Source of the DNA: Nitrososphaerota archaeon
GTDB taxonomy: Archaea; Thermoproteota; Nitrososphaeria; Nitrososphaerales; UBA57
Reading direction: 5' to 3'
DNA length: 64,000 bases
Assembly: GCA_013378375.1 (NCBI GenBank)
Contig: JACAFT010000001.1
Coordinates: 8,890 to 72,889, forward strand
The position numbers and the translations under genes were made by a program. The notes under the pieces are model-generated. The model was given only the letters and a program-made list of their open reading frames with translations. It ran no database searches and had not been told where the DNA came from. How positions within the stretch are numbered: position 1 is the stretch's first letter; every line of letters starts with the position of its first letter. This document shows, in pieces, positions 55,085-64,000 of the stretch.

Positions 55085-56146
55085 ATGGACGTCGAAACAA
55101 AAATTAATTTGGTTAAGAAATCACCCACCGAAGAATTAATTCAAGATGAAGAATTAAGAACATTATTTCAGTCAAATAATACTCCTAAACATTATATAGG
55201 CATAGAATTGTCTGGACTTCTACATCTGGGTAGTTTATTGATGACTGGTTTTAAAATAAATGATTTCATTAAAGCTGGTATAGATTCTTCAGTTTATCTT
55301 GCAGATTGGCACAGTTTTATTAATAATAAATTTAATGGAGATTGGAACAAGATTAATGACGTTGCTAAATATTATGAAGAAGCATTTACATTTTTCTGTC
55401 CTGGCGTTCGAATAGTCAAAAGTCAAGATTTATATCATAATAATGACGATTATTGGAAAAATCTTATTAAATTTTCCAAACATATGACATTGTCTAGAGC
55501 AGTTAGATGTTTGACTATCATGGGACGAAATGAAAAAGAACAATTAGATCTTACTCAATATTTGTATCCTTCGATGCAAGCAGTGGATATTAAAACACTG
55601 GATCTTGATATTGTTCATGCTGGTACTGATCAAAGAAAAATTCATATGCTTGTTCGAGAAATATTTCCAAAAATGAAATGGAAAGTTCCTGTTGCTGTAC
55701 ATCATCATCTAATTCCTGGTCTTGGTTCTATTAATGATAAAACTCTAAATAATGAAAATATAAATCAAGTTACAAATCAAAAAATTTATAATAAAATGAG
55801 TAAATCTGATCCAAAAAAATCAATTTTTATACATGACGAAGAAGACGTAATTTTTAACAAATTAAAAATTGCTTGGTGCCAAGAGGGAGTTGTTGAAAAT
55901 AATCCTATTTTGGATTATGTAAAATATTTGATATTTCATGAGTTTGATTCATTTACTATTGAACGTCCAAGTAAATATGGAGGTGATGTTACTTTTTCTA
56001 ATTATCAAGAATTAGAATCTGAATATAAAAACTCAAATATTCATCCTTTAGATCTTAAATTAGCAGTAGGTGGAAAAATTAATGAAATTGTCGCTCCAAT
56101 TCGTAGTCATTTTTCTAATAAATCTGATTTGTTCTCATTTCTTTGA
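55085..56146 (+). CDS. tyrS: tyrosyl-tRNA synthetase (archaeal type)
   Basis: The HIGH-type motif LHLGS, LADWHSF, and KMSKS. The C-terminal ERPSKYGGDVTFSNYQELESEYKN..HPLDLK closely parallels M. jannaschii TyrS as I recall it. I moved the start to ATG 55085. Confidence 0.88.
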   Translation: MDVETKINLVKKSPTEELIQDEELRTLFQSNNTPKHYIGIELSGLLHLGSLLMTGFKINDFIKAGIDSSVYLADWHSFINNKFNGDWNKINDVAKYYEEAFTFFCPGVRIVKSQDLYHNNDDYWKNLIKFSKHMTLSRAVRCLTIMGRNEKEQLDLTQYLYPSMQAVDIKTLDLDIVHAGTDQRKIHMLVREIFPKMKWKVPVAVHHHLIPGLGSINDKTLNNENINQVTNQKIYNKMSKSDPKKSIFIHDEEDVIFNKLKIAWCQEGVVENNPILDYVKYLIFHEFDSFTIERPSKYGGDVTFSNYQELESEYKNSNIHPLDLKLAVGGKINEIVAPIRSHFSNKSDLFSFL

Positions 56147-56195
56147 TAAATATTATAAATTTAATTAGTTATGTTGATAGTAGATAGGGTGTAGT

Positions 56196-57431
56196 ATGAT
56201 GTCTATTGCCTTACAAATTTCAGGGAATGTAATTAGTTCGTTTGTTGCTGATTATCCTATATTATTGAATATTTTTCCCGTTTTACTTCTTATTTTCGTA
56301 TCTTATATTGGATTTAAAGTAACTCGTATTATTTTAATTAAAATTATTGTACCACAAATAAAAAAATCTAAAACACAGTTAGACGACGCATTTCTTAAAA
56401 ATAAATTATTTTTAAAAATTTCATATTTGGTTCCTATTATTATTATATATAATTTTTCATATGTTGTTTCTGATAATCTGAAAATTCCAATATCTTTATT
56501 GGATGTTATGATTACTATTTTTAGTATTTTTATCTTTGCTTGGATTATTAATGCAGTATTATCTTCTATTACTGATGCTTATTCACGAAAATACAAAAGA
56601 ATTCCATTAAAAAGTTATATTCAGATTGTAAAGATTTTTGTTTTTATTTTTTCTGCATTATTGGCTATTTCTGTATTATCTGGACGTTCTCCATGGGTCT
56701 TGTTGGGAAGTTTAGGTGCAATAAGTGCTGTACTTCTATTGATATTTAGAGATACTATATTGTCATTTATGGCAAATCTACAGATCTCATCTAATAATCT
56801 TGTTCAACTTCATGATTGGATAGAAGCTCCTACATTTGGCGCCGACGGTGATGTTATAGAAATTGCTTTACATACCATTAAAGTTCAAAATTGGGACAAA
56901 ACAATTACTGTAATTCCTACTCATAAATTAATCGATTCATCGTTTAAAAACTGGCGTGGAATGGAACAAAGTGGCGGACGGAGAATAAAACGTTCAATAA
57001 ATATTGATATTTCTTCAATACGATTTTGTGACGAATCTATGATTAAAAATTATGAGAAAATTGATTTGATATCTGATTATCTTAAAACAAAAATTAATGA
57101 TATTGATAAATCAAATTCTGCAAAAGAAGAAATATTGTTAAATTCTAGACGATTGACCAATATAGGAACTTTTCGTGAATATATAAAGTCATATTTAAGA
57201 AATAATGTAAATGTTAGTGATAATATGACGTTTTTAGTACGTCAGCTTCCTCCTTCTGAATTTGGTCTCCCTATAGAAATCTATGTATTTAGTAATGATA
57301 ATGAGTGGATAAATTATGAAAATATACAAGCCGATATATTTGATCATCTTATTGCGGCTACTTTTTATTTCGATTTACATATATTCCAAAATCCTTCAGG
57401 TAATGATTTTAAAAAATTATTTAATAATTAG
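56196..57431 (+). CDS. mscS: mechanosensitive ion channel (MscS family)
   Basis: N-terminal TM helices are followed by the MscS beta-domain region (GDVIEIALHTIKVQNWDKTITVIP). 411 aa. Confidence 0.8.
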   Translation: MMSIALQISGNVISSFVADYPILLNIFPVLLLIFVSYIGFKVTRIILIKIIVPQIKKSKTQLDDAFLKNKLFLKISYLVPIIIIYNFSYVVSDNLKIPISLLDVMITIFSIFIFAWIINAVLSSITDAYSRKYKRIPLKSYIQIVKIFVFIFSALLAISVLSGRSPWVLLGSLGAISAVLLLIFRDTILSFMANLQISSNNLVQLHDWIEAPTFGADGDVIEIALHTIKVQNWDKTITVIPTHKLIDSSFKNWRGMEQSGGRRIKRSINIDISSIRFCDESMIKNYEKIDLISDYLKTKINDIDKSNSAKEEILLNSRRLTNIGTFREYIKSYLRNNVNVSDNMTFLVRQLPPSEFGLPIEIYVFSNDNEWINYENIQADIFDHLIAATFYFDLHIFQNPSGNDFKKLFNN

Positions 57432-57441
57432 GTAATTCATA

Positions 57442-58584
57442 ATGCAAAAAAAATTTTTTGTAAACCAACCAATATTCGATAATAACGAAATTGAAGCTGT
57501 TAAAGATATAATTAATAGTGGTTTATTGAGTAGCTCTAATATTAATGGAGGGAAATACGTTCAAATTTTTGAAAAACAAATTGCTCAATATTTGAATGTA
57601 AAATATGCTGTTGCAATTAATTCAGGGACTTCTGCATTATATGCTTCACTTTTATCATTGAATATTAAATCTGGTGATGAAGTAATTGTTCCCTCATTTA
57701 GTTTTACTGCTACTGCAAGTGCTGTTGTTGCAACTGGTGCAAAACCTGTATTTGTGGATATTCTTTCTAATGATGAAGAAAAATTATTTCCATATACTAT
57801 TGATCCTTCTAAAATTAAATCAAATATTACTACAAAAACTAAGGCAATAATTCCTGTTCATTTATATGGTTCTCCTGCAGACATAGATCTTATTTCTGAA
57901 ATTGCTTCCCCTGATCAAATTCCAATTATTGAAGATGGGGCGCAATCTCTTGGTTCTTCTTACAAAGGAAATAAATGTGGAACTTTGGGTACTCTAGGAT
58001 GCACTAGTCTTTATCCTACCAAAGTTATTACTTCTGGGGAAGGTGGTGTGGTTACTACTGATGATGAAATTTTGTATAACGACTTACTTCGAATTCGTAA
58101 TCATGGTCTTAATGAATCTGGTCAAACTACTAGATTTGGATTAAATTTAAGAATGCCTGAAATAGAAGCTGCTATAGCTTCTATTCAATTGAGTAAACTT
58201 GATAATTTTATTCAAATTAGAAGAAATAATTCTGGTATTCTTTCTGATACAATTAATTTAAAACAATTAGGTGCCTTGCCTGAAGAATATGAACCTAATT
58301 TTCATAATAGATACCTATATACTGTTTTTCTTAATCCTGATAATAAATCAATTCGACCTAAAGTTATGGAATATTTAGATAAACACAATATTAATACTGC
58401 AATATTTTATCGCACACCAATACACAAAATGACATATTATCAGAATCTACCTGATAGTTATGATCTACCAAATACTGATTATGCGTCTTCTGGAGTTTTA
58501 TCCATTCCTAATCATCATGGATTATCTGAAGATGATGTTCTGTATATTGGGGAAAAATTTAATAATGCTCTTGATATAGTTTGA
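57442..58584 (+). CDS. DegT/DnrJ/EryC1/StrS family PLP-dependent sugar aminotransferase
   Basis: AVAINSGTSALY, VPSFSFTAT and SLYPTKVITSGEGG (lysine context). 380 aa. Confidence 0.85.
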   Translation: MQKKFFVNQPIFDNNEIEAVKDIINSGLLSSSNINGGKYVQIFEKQIAQYLNVKYAVAINSGTSALYASLLSLNIKSGDEVIVPSFSFTATASAVVATGAKPVFVDILSNDEEKLFPYTIDPSKIKSNITTKTKAIIPVHLYGSPADIDLISEIASPDQIPIIEDGAQSLGSSYKGNKCGTLGTLGCTSLYPTKVITSGEGGVVTTDDEILYNDLLRIRNHGLNESGQTTRFGLNLRMPEIEAAIASIQLSKLDNFIQIRRNNSGILSDTINLKQLGALPEEYEPNFHNRYLYTVFLNPDNKSIRPKVMEYLDKHNINTAIFYRTPIHKMTYYQNLPDSYDLPNTDYASSGVLSIPNHHGLSEDDVLYIGEKFNNALDIV

Positions 58585-58590
58585 TGAATT

Positions 58591-59319
58591 ATGAATGTCT
58601 CTATTATTATTCCAACTTATAATGAGAAAGAAAATATTGTAATTTTAACTAACAAACTGATTGAAATATTCAAGAATTCTCCTCATGATCTAAAAATCAT
58701 TGTAGTGGATGATAATAGTCCTGATGGAACGTCCTCTGTAGTGAGAAATCTAGATTTATTCGAAAAATCAATTTTTCTAATTACAAGATCTGGAAAATTG
58801 GGTTTGGGTTCTGCATACCAAGAAGGATATCGTTGGTGTAAAACTTATAATTTTGATTGTATTCTACAAATGGACGCTGATCTTTCTCATCCACCTGAGA
58901 TTACATTGAATTTAGTTAAATCTATTCATCAAGGAAATGATGTAGCTATTGCTTCTAGATACGTTGATCACGGAGGTGTTGTTTCTTGGCCTATACATAG
59001 AAAAGTTATTAGTTATTTTGCTAACTTGCTAGTTCGAGTATTATTGCGTTCAAAATTAAAAGACAATACTACTGGATATCGTGCATTTAATAATAAAGCA
59101 ATTGATTATCTTATTAAATATGATATTAAATCAAACGGTTTTTCTTATCTTATTGAATCTGTTTATCTCTTTCGAAAGAAAAATTTAAAAATTCAGGAAA
59201 TTCCATTTATTTTTCAAGAAAGAAGTATTGGTAAAACAAAGCTTTCTTCATTTGAAATTTTTAGATTTCTTATTTCAATATTTCACATTTTAATTTTTGA
59301 TATTAAGGAACGACGTTAA
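58591..59319 (+). CDS. GT2 glycosyltransferase, dolichyl-phosphate mannose/glucose synthase-like
   Basis: IIIPTYNEKENI, VDDNSPDGT and QMDADLSHPP. Confidence 0.85.
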   Translation: MNVSIIIPTYNEKENIVILTNKLIEIFKNSPHDLKIIVVDDNSPDGTSSVVRNLDLFEKSIFLITRSGKLGLGSAYQEGYRWCKTYNFDCILQMDADLSHPPEITLNLVKSIHQGNDVAIASRYVDHGGVVSWPIHRKVISYFANLLVRVLLRSKLKDNTTGYRAFNNKAIDYLIKYDIKSNGFSYLIESVYLFRKKNLKIQEIPFIFQERSIGKTKLSSFEIFRFLISIFHILIFDIKERR

Positions 59320-59366
59320 ACTCTAAAATAATATATGCTATTAATTATATTAATTATTGAATTATA

Positions 59367-59540
59367 ATGACATCTGATTTAGATAATGAATTTGGAGGCG
59401 TGATATATAGGTGTATTCGATGTGGAACTAATGTTACTGCAGATGAATTAACTCAACTTCCTGAGATAAAATGTATTTGTGGCTATAGGATTCTTAGAAA
59501 AATTCGCCCAGAGCTTGCAAAACGAATTAAAGCTGTCTGA
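59367..59540 (+). CDS. rpoP: DNA-directed RNA polymerase subunit P (Rpo12), below the ORF-track cutoff
   Basis: My own translation gives MTSDLDNEFGGVIYRCIRCGTNVTADELTQLPEIKCICGYRILRKIRPELAKRIKAV*. It has the YxCxxCG...C.CGYRIL zinc ribbon typical of RpoP/RPB12. Confidence 0.8.
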   Translation: MTSDLDNEFGGVIYRCIRCGTNVTADELTQLPEIKCICGYRILRKIRPELAKRIKAV

Positions 59541-59612
59541 CTTCGTCATTTGTAGAATATTTACTCTTTTTTCTGTATGTTTTTATAAGTTCAAATTATA
59601 ACATTTCTAACT

Positions 59613-60647
59613 ATGAAAAGTTCCACAAGCGTGTCGATTTCCGGTTATGGTGGATATGTTCCGAAATTAAGACTTCCTACATCTGAAGTTGCAAAATTAT
59701 GGAAAGGTGGTGGATCTGGACCTAATAAAGCAAAAAGTGTTGCAAATATTGATGAAGATACAACAACAATGTCTGTTGAAGCTGCTCGTGACGCTATATT
59801 AATGGCAGGTGATTGTAATATTGGAGCTGTTTTTGTTGGTACTGAATCAAAACCTTATGCAGTAAAACCAACTAGTACTATTGTTGCTCAAGCTCTTGGG
59901 ATTAATAGAACATTAGCAGCCGATTTTGAATTTGCGTGTAAAGCTGGCACTGAAGCTATGCAAGTTATAACTGGTTTAATTGGCTCTAGTATGATTGATA
60001 GTGGTCTTGCTCTTGGTGTTGATACTGCTCAAGGACGTCCAGGTGATAGTTTAGAATATACTGCTGGAAGTGCTGCTGCTGCTTTTGTTTTATCAAAACG
60101 TTCTGAAAACAGTATTGCTACCATTGAAGCAAGTACTTCATATATTACTGATACTGGTGATTTTTGGAGACGTCAAGGAGAATCATTTCCAAAACATTTA
60201 TCAAGATTTACTGGAGATCCTGGATATTTTCATCATGTTGAATCTTCTGTAAATATATTATTGAAAGAAATAAATGCACAACCTGAAGATTTTAAATATG
60301 CTGTATTTCATCAGCCAAATCCTAAATTTCCTGTAGAAGTTGCTCGAAGACTTGGTTTTACTCGTGACCAAATTGATACTGGATTATTGAATCCAGAAAT
60401 TGGTAATCCTTATTCTGCAAGTTCACCTTTAGGTCTGGTTGCAATACTTGATGTTGCAATGCCTGGCGATAAAATATTATTGGCATCTTTTGGTTCAGGT
60501 GCAGGTAGTGACGCTTTTTCATTAATTGTTGATGATAATATTGTAGAAAAACGAAAGAATTCAACTCCCTTGCGTGAAAAATTAAACGATAACGTCGAAA
60601 TAAATTATGGAACTTATGCAAAAATTCGAGGAATTCTTGACCGCTAA
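59613..60647 (+). CDS. archaeal hydroxymethylglutaryl-CoA synthase
   Basis: 344 aa, GYGGYVPKLRL N-terminus, and the active-site context FEFACKAGTEAM. It is followed by thiolase and DUF35 genes. Confidence 0.88.
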   Translation: MKSSTSVSISGYGGYVPKLRLPTSEVAKLWKGGGSGPNKAKSVANIDEDTTTMSVEAARDAILMAGDCNIGAVFVGTESKPYAVKPTSTIVAQALGINRTLAADFEFACKAGTEAMQVITGLIGSSMIDSGLALGVDTAQGRPGDSLEYTAGSAAAAFVLSKRSENSIATIEASTSYITDTGDFWRRQGESFPKHLSRFTGDPGYFHHVESSVNILLKEINAQPEDFKYAVFHQPNPKFPVEVARRLGFTRDQIDTGLLNPEIGNPYSASSPLGLVAILDVAMPGDKILLASFGSGAGSDAFSLIVDDNIVEKRKNSTPLREKLNDNVEINYGTYAKIRGILDR

Positions 60648-60652
60648 TACTA

Positions 60653-61801
60653 TTGGTGTATGAAATGTCTATATATGTTTCTGGTACGGGTCTCACTAAA
60701 GTAGCTGAACATTGGTCTGATTCTCTTATTGATTTAGCAGTAAAATCAGCTAAACAGGCAATATCTGAATCTAATAACTCTCCTGATGTTGTTATTATCG
60801 GAAATATGCTTTCTTCTACATCTAATCAAGAAAATCTTGGCGCCTTGATTTCTGAAAAATTAGGCCTAAATGATATCTCTACTTTTAAAATTGAATCATC
60901 TTCTTGTTCTGGCGCTATGGCAATTAATGTTGCATATAATCTTCTACAATCAAATAATGTTAATTCAATATTAGTTGTTGGAGTTGAAAAAATGACTGAT
61001 CTTTCTCCATCACAAATAATTCGCGCTAATACTTTTGGTGAGAGTTCAGAATATATTCAATATTTTGGCATTACGATGAATTCACTTTATGCATTATTTT
61101 CAAAATTATATATGGATAAATATAAAATTTCTAAAGAAGAACTTTCACATTTTCCTGTTTTGAGTCATAAGAATTCTGTTTCATGCGAACATGCTCAATT
61201 TCGTAAGGAATTTTCTATTGAATCAATTTCTAAAGCGTCTATTGTATCTTCTCCACTTGGACTTCTTGATTGTTCGCCAATTGGTGATGGTTCTGCATCA
61301 GTTATTTTGTCTAAAGATAATAAATCAAATTTTGATAATATTGAAATTTTAGCTTCATCTTCTTCAAATTCTCCTGTTAACTTTTTTGAAAGAGAAGATT
61401 TGTTAAAATTTTCTTCAACGAAAAATAGTTTTACTAAAGCATTATTAAATAGTAAAAAACAATTATCTGATATTGATATTCTGGAAATTCACGATGTTGT
61501 TCCTGCTATTACTGCAAGAATTTTAGAAACTTTTGGCTTTTCAAAAAATGGCGAAGCTGTACAAGACCTTGTTTCCGGTAAATACGCATTAAATTCTAAA
61601 CCTTCCATTTCAACATTTGGTGGATTAAAAGCACGTGGTAATCCGCTTTCAGCTACTGGTATTTATCAAATTATAGAAACTACTTGGAGACTTCAAAATC
61701 GATCTAAATTGAATATTAATAATTCAAAAATTGGTTTATGCCATAATATGTCTGGGATTGATTCAAATAGTGTTGTTACTATTTTGGAGGCCGTAAATTA
61801 A
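60653..61801 (+). CDS. archaeal acetyl-CoA acetyltransferase (thiolase)
   Basis: Active-site cysteine context ESSSCSGAMA, plus HD.VP and CHNMSG near the C-terminus. ATG 60665 is an alternative start. Confidence 0.88.
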   Translation: MVYEMSIYVSGTGLTKVAEHWSDSLIDLAVKSAKQAISESNNSPDVVIIGNMLSSTSNQENLGALISEKLGLNDISTFKIESSSCSGAMAINVAYNLLQSNNVNSILVVGVEKMTDLSPSQIIRANTFGESSEYIQYFGITMNSLYALFSKLYMDKYKISKEELSHFPVLSHKNSVSCEHAQFRKEFSIESISKASIVSSPLGLLDCSPIGDGSASVILSKDNKSNFDNIEILASSSSNSPVNFFEREDLLKFSSTKNSFTKALLNSKKQLSDIDILEIHDVVPAITARILETFGFSKNGEAVQDLVSGKYALNSKPSISTFGGLKARGNPLSATGIYQIIETTWRLQNRSKLNINNSKIGLCHNMSGIDSNSVVTILEAVN

Positions 61802-61802
61802 T

Positions 61803-62192
61803 TTGTCTATTTCTTATTGGCGTAATAAAGATAAGTATTATAGAATAATTGGTTCAATTTGTAATGATTGTTCATATGAATCATTTCCCGAGTTTTATAC
61901 TTGTTCAAAATGCGGTTCTAGTAATATAGAAGATAAAATAATGCCAAATACTGGAAAAATAATATCTTATACTATATCTTATGAATCAATGCCTGGATTT
62001 GAAGCAGAAATTCCTATGCCAATCGGTCTTATTCAACTTACTAATGGCGTCAATATAATTGCTCATATTGTGGATTCAAATATCGAAACAATCAAAGTAA
62101 ACGCATCAGTAAAAAGCGTTTTTCGAAAAATTAATGTTGATGGTAAATCTGGTCAAATTTTCTATGGATATAAATTTAAAGTTATAATATAG
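61803..62192 (+). CDS. DUF35 zinc-ribbon/OB-fold protein (thiolase-HMGCS scaffold)
   Basis: CNDC...CSKCG rubredoxin-like ribbon followed by an OB-fold-sized C-terminus. It takes the typical third position in the trio. Confidence 0.85.
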   Translation: MSISYWRNKDKYYRIIGSICNDCSYESFPEFYTCSKCGSSNIEDKIMPNTGKIISYTISYESMPGFEAEIPMPIGLIQLTNGVNIIAHIVDSNIETIKVNASVKSVFRKINVDGKSGQIFYGYKFKVII

Positions 62193-62256
62193 GGAGATTG
62201 GAGCAGATATAAAAAGGGGAAAGATATTATCCGCTCACTCCCAACTCGACATTTTT
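62192..62256 (+). terminator. imperfect 51-nt stem-loop plus T5 tract after the DUF35 gene (terminator or small structured RNA)
   Basis: GGGAG (62192-96) pairs with CTCCC (62238-42), GAGC (62201-04) with GCTC (62233-36), and GATA (62206-09) with TATC (62228-31). TTTTT lies at 62252-56. The segment is locally GC-rich in an AT-rich spacer. Confidence 0.35.
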
Positions 62257-62355
62257 ATTATGTCTATTTTAATAACAAATTACAATAACAAAAAAAATTG
62301 ACTAGTTTATTTGTTTAAATTCATTTATTATTGTTGTAGGTGTGATATTATTAGA

Positions 62356-62724
62356 TTAAATATAATTTGTGTATTTTAATGCTAATATTGATAGTATTAT
62401 AATAATATTTATTGCTAAAATAGACGACATTATATAATTATTTTCATCTATATATTTTCCTATTATGTTTATTGACGCATAAAATAGCATTCCAATTGAA
62501 AAAAATAATATAATTGTTTGGTTTATTTTTAAGTAATTGGATATTTGTGTACTGGACGATAATAATGAAATTGCCATGAGTAATTCGGCAAAAATATGAG
62601 ATTTATCAGAAAACTTGGTTATTGATTTTTTTTGTCTGAATATATAATTTACCCAATATATAAAAATAAAAATTGCTATAAATATTGAATAAAAAATTAA
62701 ATATTGGGATATATAATCGGTCAT
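62356..62724 (-). CDS. membrane protein (about 4 TM helices), family not recognised
   Basis: 122-aa hydrophobic ORF that overlaps the upstream EVE-domain gene by 4 nt. Confidence 0.5.
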   Translation of the reverse strand: MTDYISQYLIFYSIFIAIFIFIYWVNYIFRQKKSITKFSDKSHIFAELLMAISLLSSSTQISNYLKINQTIILFFSIGMLFYASINIIGKYIDENNYIMSSILAINIIIILSILALKYTNYI

Positions 62725-63134
62725 TTTGAAATAGATAATTTAATTATTTCTTTCCAATACTTTTTTGTTACAGGCATAACTGAAAGTCGTGGTATTCTAA
62801 CTAATTCAAATTTTTCAAATAATTTTTTTGATTTTATTTCTGATAGTGTAACTTTTTTGTTTAATTTTTCTAAAAATTTAATATCAAATACTACATATCT
62901 CTCATCTTCTTCATTTGGATCTGGATATGTGTCTTTTATTACTGATACGATTCCTACAATTGCTTTTTCTTTTCCGGTATGATAATAAAATATTTTATCA
63001 TTTTTTTTAATTTGTCTGATATTTTTTAATGCTAGATTATTTTTTACTCCATCCCATATTGTTTTTTTATCTTTTATCAAGTCATCAATTGAGTATTTGT
63101 TTGGCTCTTCTTTTATTAACCAATAATTTCCCAT
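62721..63134 (-). CDS. EVE (PUA-like, DUF55) domain protein
   Basis: The pattern MGNYWLIKEEPNKYSIDDL....WDGVKN..ALKNIRQIKKNDKIFYYHTG.EKAIVGI is the EVE-domain signature. Confidence 0.8.
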   Translation of the reverse strand: MGNYWLIKEEPNKYSIDDLIKDKKTIWDGVKNNLALKNIRQIKKNDKIFYYHTGKEKAIVGIVSVIKDTYPDPNEEDERYVVFDIKFLEKLNKKVTLSEIKSKKLFEKFELVRIPRLSVMPVTKKYWKEIIKLSISK

Positions 63135-63254
63135 ATCTTTGGTATTGAAAAATTCTATAAATATATTATTTATATGTGAAATTTTAACAATATTTGATAT
63201 TTTTTTTGATTATTTAGAGTTGCATTTATATTTCATACTTTATTCAATAATTTA

Positions 63255-64000
63255 ATGAATCAGAGATATCTATTGCCGATAATAGCATTATTAGCAATTG
63301 GGCTTCTAATATTTTCGCCCATTGTGAGTAATACTACGGTAAATGTGAAAGAAGCTGAGGCTCAATCTTTATCTAGAGCAGAAAGAAATTGGGAAAATCA
63401 CAATCATAACTCACTCGGCACAAACTACAATCCACAAACACAAATCAATCCTGGTAATGTAGGAAATTTGGGAATGAAGTGGATGTATCCAATTCCATCA
63501 CTTGCAAATTTGGGACTAACCCCTGGTGATGGTCGACTTGCAGGAGTCAGCAGAATTGCTGAAGGAACTTCTGCGTATCCTCTCATTGTTGACGGTGTAA
63601 TTTATGTTGCACATAATGCAAGAGACATAATTGCACTTGATGCAGAAACTGGTGCTCAAATTTGGTACTGGGAAAATGAATATGATAATGATGCAGCAGT
63701 AGCTGAATTACCTATACGAGGTGTTAGTGCACATCATACTCATGCAATTCATTATGCAGATGGAAAAATCTGGGTAAGTAATTATGCATGTAAGATAACT
63801 GCACTTGACGCAAAGACTGGTGAAATTTCATTTGAAATTGACAAGCTCTGTGGAGAAATCCCTCTTAACAGTCCTGACGGTAAGGGAATTCCTGGAAACA
63901 GTGGATGGTATAATTCTTATGCACAACATCCTCCATCCTTATATCTAAATGGAAATTCATTCATTTGGTGTATAGGTGGACACAGTGAAGGTGTTCATGG
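63255..64000 (+). CDS. secreted PQQ-like beta-propeller repeat protein (quinoprotein dehydrogenase-like), 3' end cut by the window edge
   Basis: My own translation from ATG 63255 gives the signal/anchor LLPIIALLAIGLLIF, then VDGVIYVAHNARDIIALDAETGAQIWYW and KITALDAKTGEISFEI repeats typical of PQQ propeller blades. The frame stays open to the window end. Confidence 0.7.
   Translation, partial: MNQRYLLPIIALLAIGLLIFSPIVSNTTVNVKEAEAQSLSRAERNWENHNHNSLGTNYNPQTQINPGNVGNLGMKWMYPIPSLANLGLTPGDGRLAGVSRIAEGTSAYPLIVDGVIYVAHNARDIIALDAETGAQIWYWENEYDNDAAVAELPIRGVSAHHTHAIHYADGKIWVSNYACKITALDAKTGEISFEIDKLCGEIPLNSPDGKGIPGNSGWYNSYAQHPPSLYLNGNSFIWCIGGHSEGVH

Overview
This is a very AT-rich (about 30% GC, estimated by eye), tightly packed archaeal chromosome segment. 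The gene content points to an ammonia-oxidising thaumarchaeon of the Nitrosopumilales type: an Amt transporter, ribosomal protein S26e, the archaeal exosome superoperon, GINS-MCM, RFC, Hel308, PolB, the HMG-CoA synthase/thiolase/DUF35 trio, and deoxyhypusine synthase next to agmatinase. I support about 75 protein genes, two of which fall below the ORF-track size cutoff (RpoP and a 56-aa zinc-ribbon ORF), plus 4 tRNA genes. I found no rRNA, CRISPR array, transposase, integrase, prophage or recognisable defence island.

All product calls rest on motifs and family features I recognise in the translations. No database search was possible.

The most unusual signal is in the RNA genes. All four tRNA genes are interrupted, with about 10 insertions in total. 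Most sit at non-canonical positions (D loop, D stem 22/23, anticodon stem 30/31, 42/43, T loop), and several fit bulge-helix-bulge geometry exactly. One gene (tRNA-Pro candidate) appears to carry three insertions and a 7-nt internal exon. Another (tRNA-Lys UUU) yields a deduced T loop without the universal U55. The RtcB ligase and archease genes lie in the same window.

Secondary observations:
- A diphthine synthase with an extra C-terminal domain.
- A riboflavin kinase/FAD synthetase pair, both carrying wHTH domains, with overlapping stop codons.
- A rearranged two-gene glutamate synthase.
- An Alba protein with a tandem-repeat N-terminal extension.
- A sugar-nucleotide operon containing an unrecognisable 327-aa protein.

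I see no clear evidence of a wholly new multi-gene system. The window is mostly conserved informational and core-metabolic genes.
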